This document shows positions 15,907 through 17,196 of a stretch of 17,196 nt of DNA, in pieces. The translations under genes were made by a program, and so were the position numbers. Positions within the stretch are counted from its first letter, which is position 1. Each line of letters starts with the position of its first letter. The DNA is from a virus. Location: the UHGV virus genome UHGV-0071544; one strand, given 5' to 3'. Under the pieces are notes generated by a model. It saw only the letters and a list, made by a program, of their open reading frames with translations, searched no databases and had not been told where the DNA came from.

Positions 15907-15945
15907 CGTGTAATTGCGGAGACTTTGCGATGTACTTGACACTTC
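15904..15945 (+). promoter_or_regulatory. pI promoter with CII site TTGC-N6-TTGC
   Basis: ttgcgtgtaattgc at 15904-15917 overlapping the xis 5' end, as in lambda pI. Confidence 0.6.
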
Positions 15946-16148
15946 AGGAGTGGAACGCACGCCAGCGACGTCCAAGAAGCCTTGAAACAGTTCGTCGATG
16001 GGTGCGCGAATGCAGGATATTCCCTCCTCCGGTTAAGGATGGAAGAGAGTATCTGTTCCACGAATCAGCGGTAAAGGTTGACTTAAATCGACCAGTAACA
16101 GGTAGCCTTTTGAAGAGGATCAGAAATGGGAAGAAGGCGAAGTCATGA
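15930..16148 (+). CDS. xis: Excisionase Xis
   Basis: 72 aa MYLTLQEWNARQRRPRSLETVRRWVRECRIFPPPVKDGREYLFHESAVKVDLNRPVTGSLLKRIRNGKKAKS, lambda Xis as recalled; 23-nt overlap with int. Confidence 0.95.
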   Translation: MYLTLQEWNARQRRPRSLETVRRWVRECRIFPPPVKDGREYLFHESAVKVDLNRPVTGSLLKRIRNGKKAKS

Positions 16149-17196
16149 GCGCCGGGATTTACCACCTAACCTTTATATAAGAAACAATGGATATTACTGC
16201 TACAGGGACCCAAGGACGGGTAAAGAGTTTGGATTGGGCCGAGACAGGCGAATCGCAATCACTGAAGCTATACAGGCCAACATTGAGTTATTTTCAGGAC
16301 ACAAACACAAGCCTCTGACAGCGAGAATCAACAGTGATAATTCTGTTACGTTACATTCATGGCTTGATCGCTACGAAAAAATCCTCGCCAGCAGAGGAAT
16401 CAAGCAGAAGACACTCATAAATTACATGAGCAAAATTAAAGCAATAAGGAGGGGTCTGCCTGATGCTCCACTTGAAGACATCACCACAAAAGAAATTGCG
16501 GCAATGCTCAATGGATACATAGACGAGGGCAAGGCGGCGTCAGCCAAGTTAATCAGATCAACACTGAGCGATGCATTCCGAGAGGCAATAGCTGAAGGCC
16601 ATATAACAACAAACCCGGTCGCTGCCACTCGCGCAGCAAAATCAGAGGTAAGGAGATCAAGACTTACAGCTGACGAATACCTGAAAATTTATCAAGCAGC
16701 AGAATCATCACCATGTTGGCTCAGACTTGCAATGGAACTGGCTGTTGTTACCGGGCAACGAGTTGGTGATTTATGCGAAATGAAGTGGTCTGATATCGTA
16801 GATGGATATCTTTATGTCGAGCAAAGCAAAACAGGCGTAAAAATTGCCATCCCAACAACATTGCATGTTGATGCTCTCGGGATATCAATGAAGGAAACAC
16901 TTGATAAATGCAAAGAGATTCTTGGCGGAGAAACCATAATTGCATCTACTCGTCGTGAACCGCTTTCATCCGGCACAGTATCAAGGTATTTTATGCGCGC
17001 ACGAAAAGCATCAGGTCTTTCCTTCGAAGGGGATCCGCCTACCTTTCACGAGTTGCGCAGTTTGTCTGCAAGACTCTATGAGAAGCAGATAAGCGATAAG
17101 TTTGCTCAACATCTTCTCGGGCATAAGTCGGACACCATGGCATCACAGTATCGTGATGACAGAGGCAGGGAGTGGGACAAAATTGAAATCAAATAA
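16126..17196 (+). CDS. int: Tyrosine integrase Int (lambda type)
   Basis: 356 aa; matches lambda Int as recalled, including the catalytic region HELRSLSARLY ... HLLGHKSDTMASQYRDDRG with the C-terminal nucleophilic Tyr; window ends at its stop codon. Confidence 0.97.
   Translation: MGRRRSHERRDLPPNLYIRNNGYYCYRDPRTGKEFGLGRDRRIAITEAIQANIELFSGHKHKPLTARINSDNSVTLHSWLDRYEKILASRGIKQKTLINYMSKIKAIRRGLPDAPLEDITTKEIAAMLNGYIDEGKAASAKLIRSTLSDAFREAIAEGHITTNPVAATRAAKSEVRRSRLTADEYLKIYQAAESSPCWLRLAMELAVVTGQRVGDLCEMKWSDIVDGYLYVEQSKTGVKIAIPTTLHVDALGISMKETLDKCKEILGGETIIASTRREPLSSGTVSRYFMRARKASGLSFEGDPPTFHELRSLSARLYEKQISDKFAQHLLGHKSDTMASQYRDDRGREWDKIEIK

Noticed and set aside
13974-16165. ORFs 13974..14195, 14131..14391, 14268..14528, 14662..14892, 14883..15074, 14945..15214, 14970..15170, 15417..15662, 15455..15793, 15643..15831, 15708..16061, 15790..15975, 15944..16165 and the 14753 extension
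   Set aside because: Alternative-frame or antisense ORFs overlapping the plus-strand early-left genes, orf55-like, xis and int; the plus-strand frames chain by overlapping stop-start codons with RBSs.
16422-16945. Minus-strand ORFs 16422..16628 and 16748..16945 inside int
   Set aside because: Antisense to the integrase, which is supported over its full length.
17100-17196. attP/core attachment site
   Set aside because: In lambda the core lies beyond the int 3' end, which is outside this window; nothing in the last 100 bp can be assigned.

Overview
This 17.2 kb window is a contiguous stretch of a lambdoid temperate phage or prophage with lambda-type immunity, shown in the inverse of the conventional lambda map orientation. 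All calls come from reading the translations and the DNA by eye; no searches were run, and every identity claimed against lambda, P22, phage 21 or E. coli proteins is from memory. Left to right: a 5'-truncated SAR-type endolysin and a pinholin-like holin (minus strand), a Q-S control region holding a tRNA-like element, and a Q-like late antiterminator. Next comes a translationally coupled minus-strand nin operon (ninH, rusA, ybcO-like, Rha/KilAC roi-like, ninF, ninE, N6-adenine methyltransferase, ninB, small Cys-rich ORF). It is followed by a DnaB-type helicase and an O-like initiator with an internal iteron origin, then a cII-like gene, cro, oR, cI, rexA, rexB, pL/oL, nutL and N. Downstream of N lie a two-gene cassette at the sieB/ral position, ea10-like, cIII-like and kil-like genes, an Erf-type recombination module with an SSB-like gene, a run of small early-left ORFs, ea22/ea8.5/orf55-like genes, xis and int (the window ends at the int stop, so attP is outside). 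The immunity region and int/xis match lambda as I recall it; the replication, nin, recombination and lysis modules do not, so the element is a mosaic. No rRNA, canonical tRNA, CRISPR array or transposase was seen. The best candidate for an undescribed function is the two-gene cassette between N and ea10; the RexAB exclusion system is present but already known.
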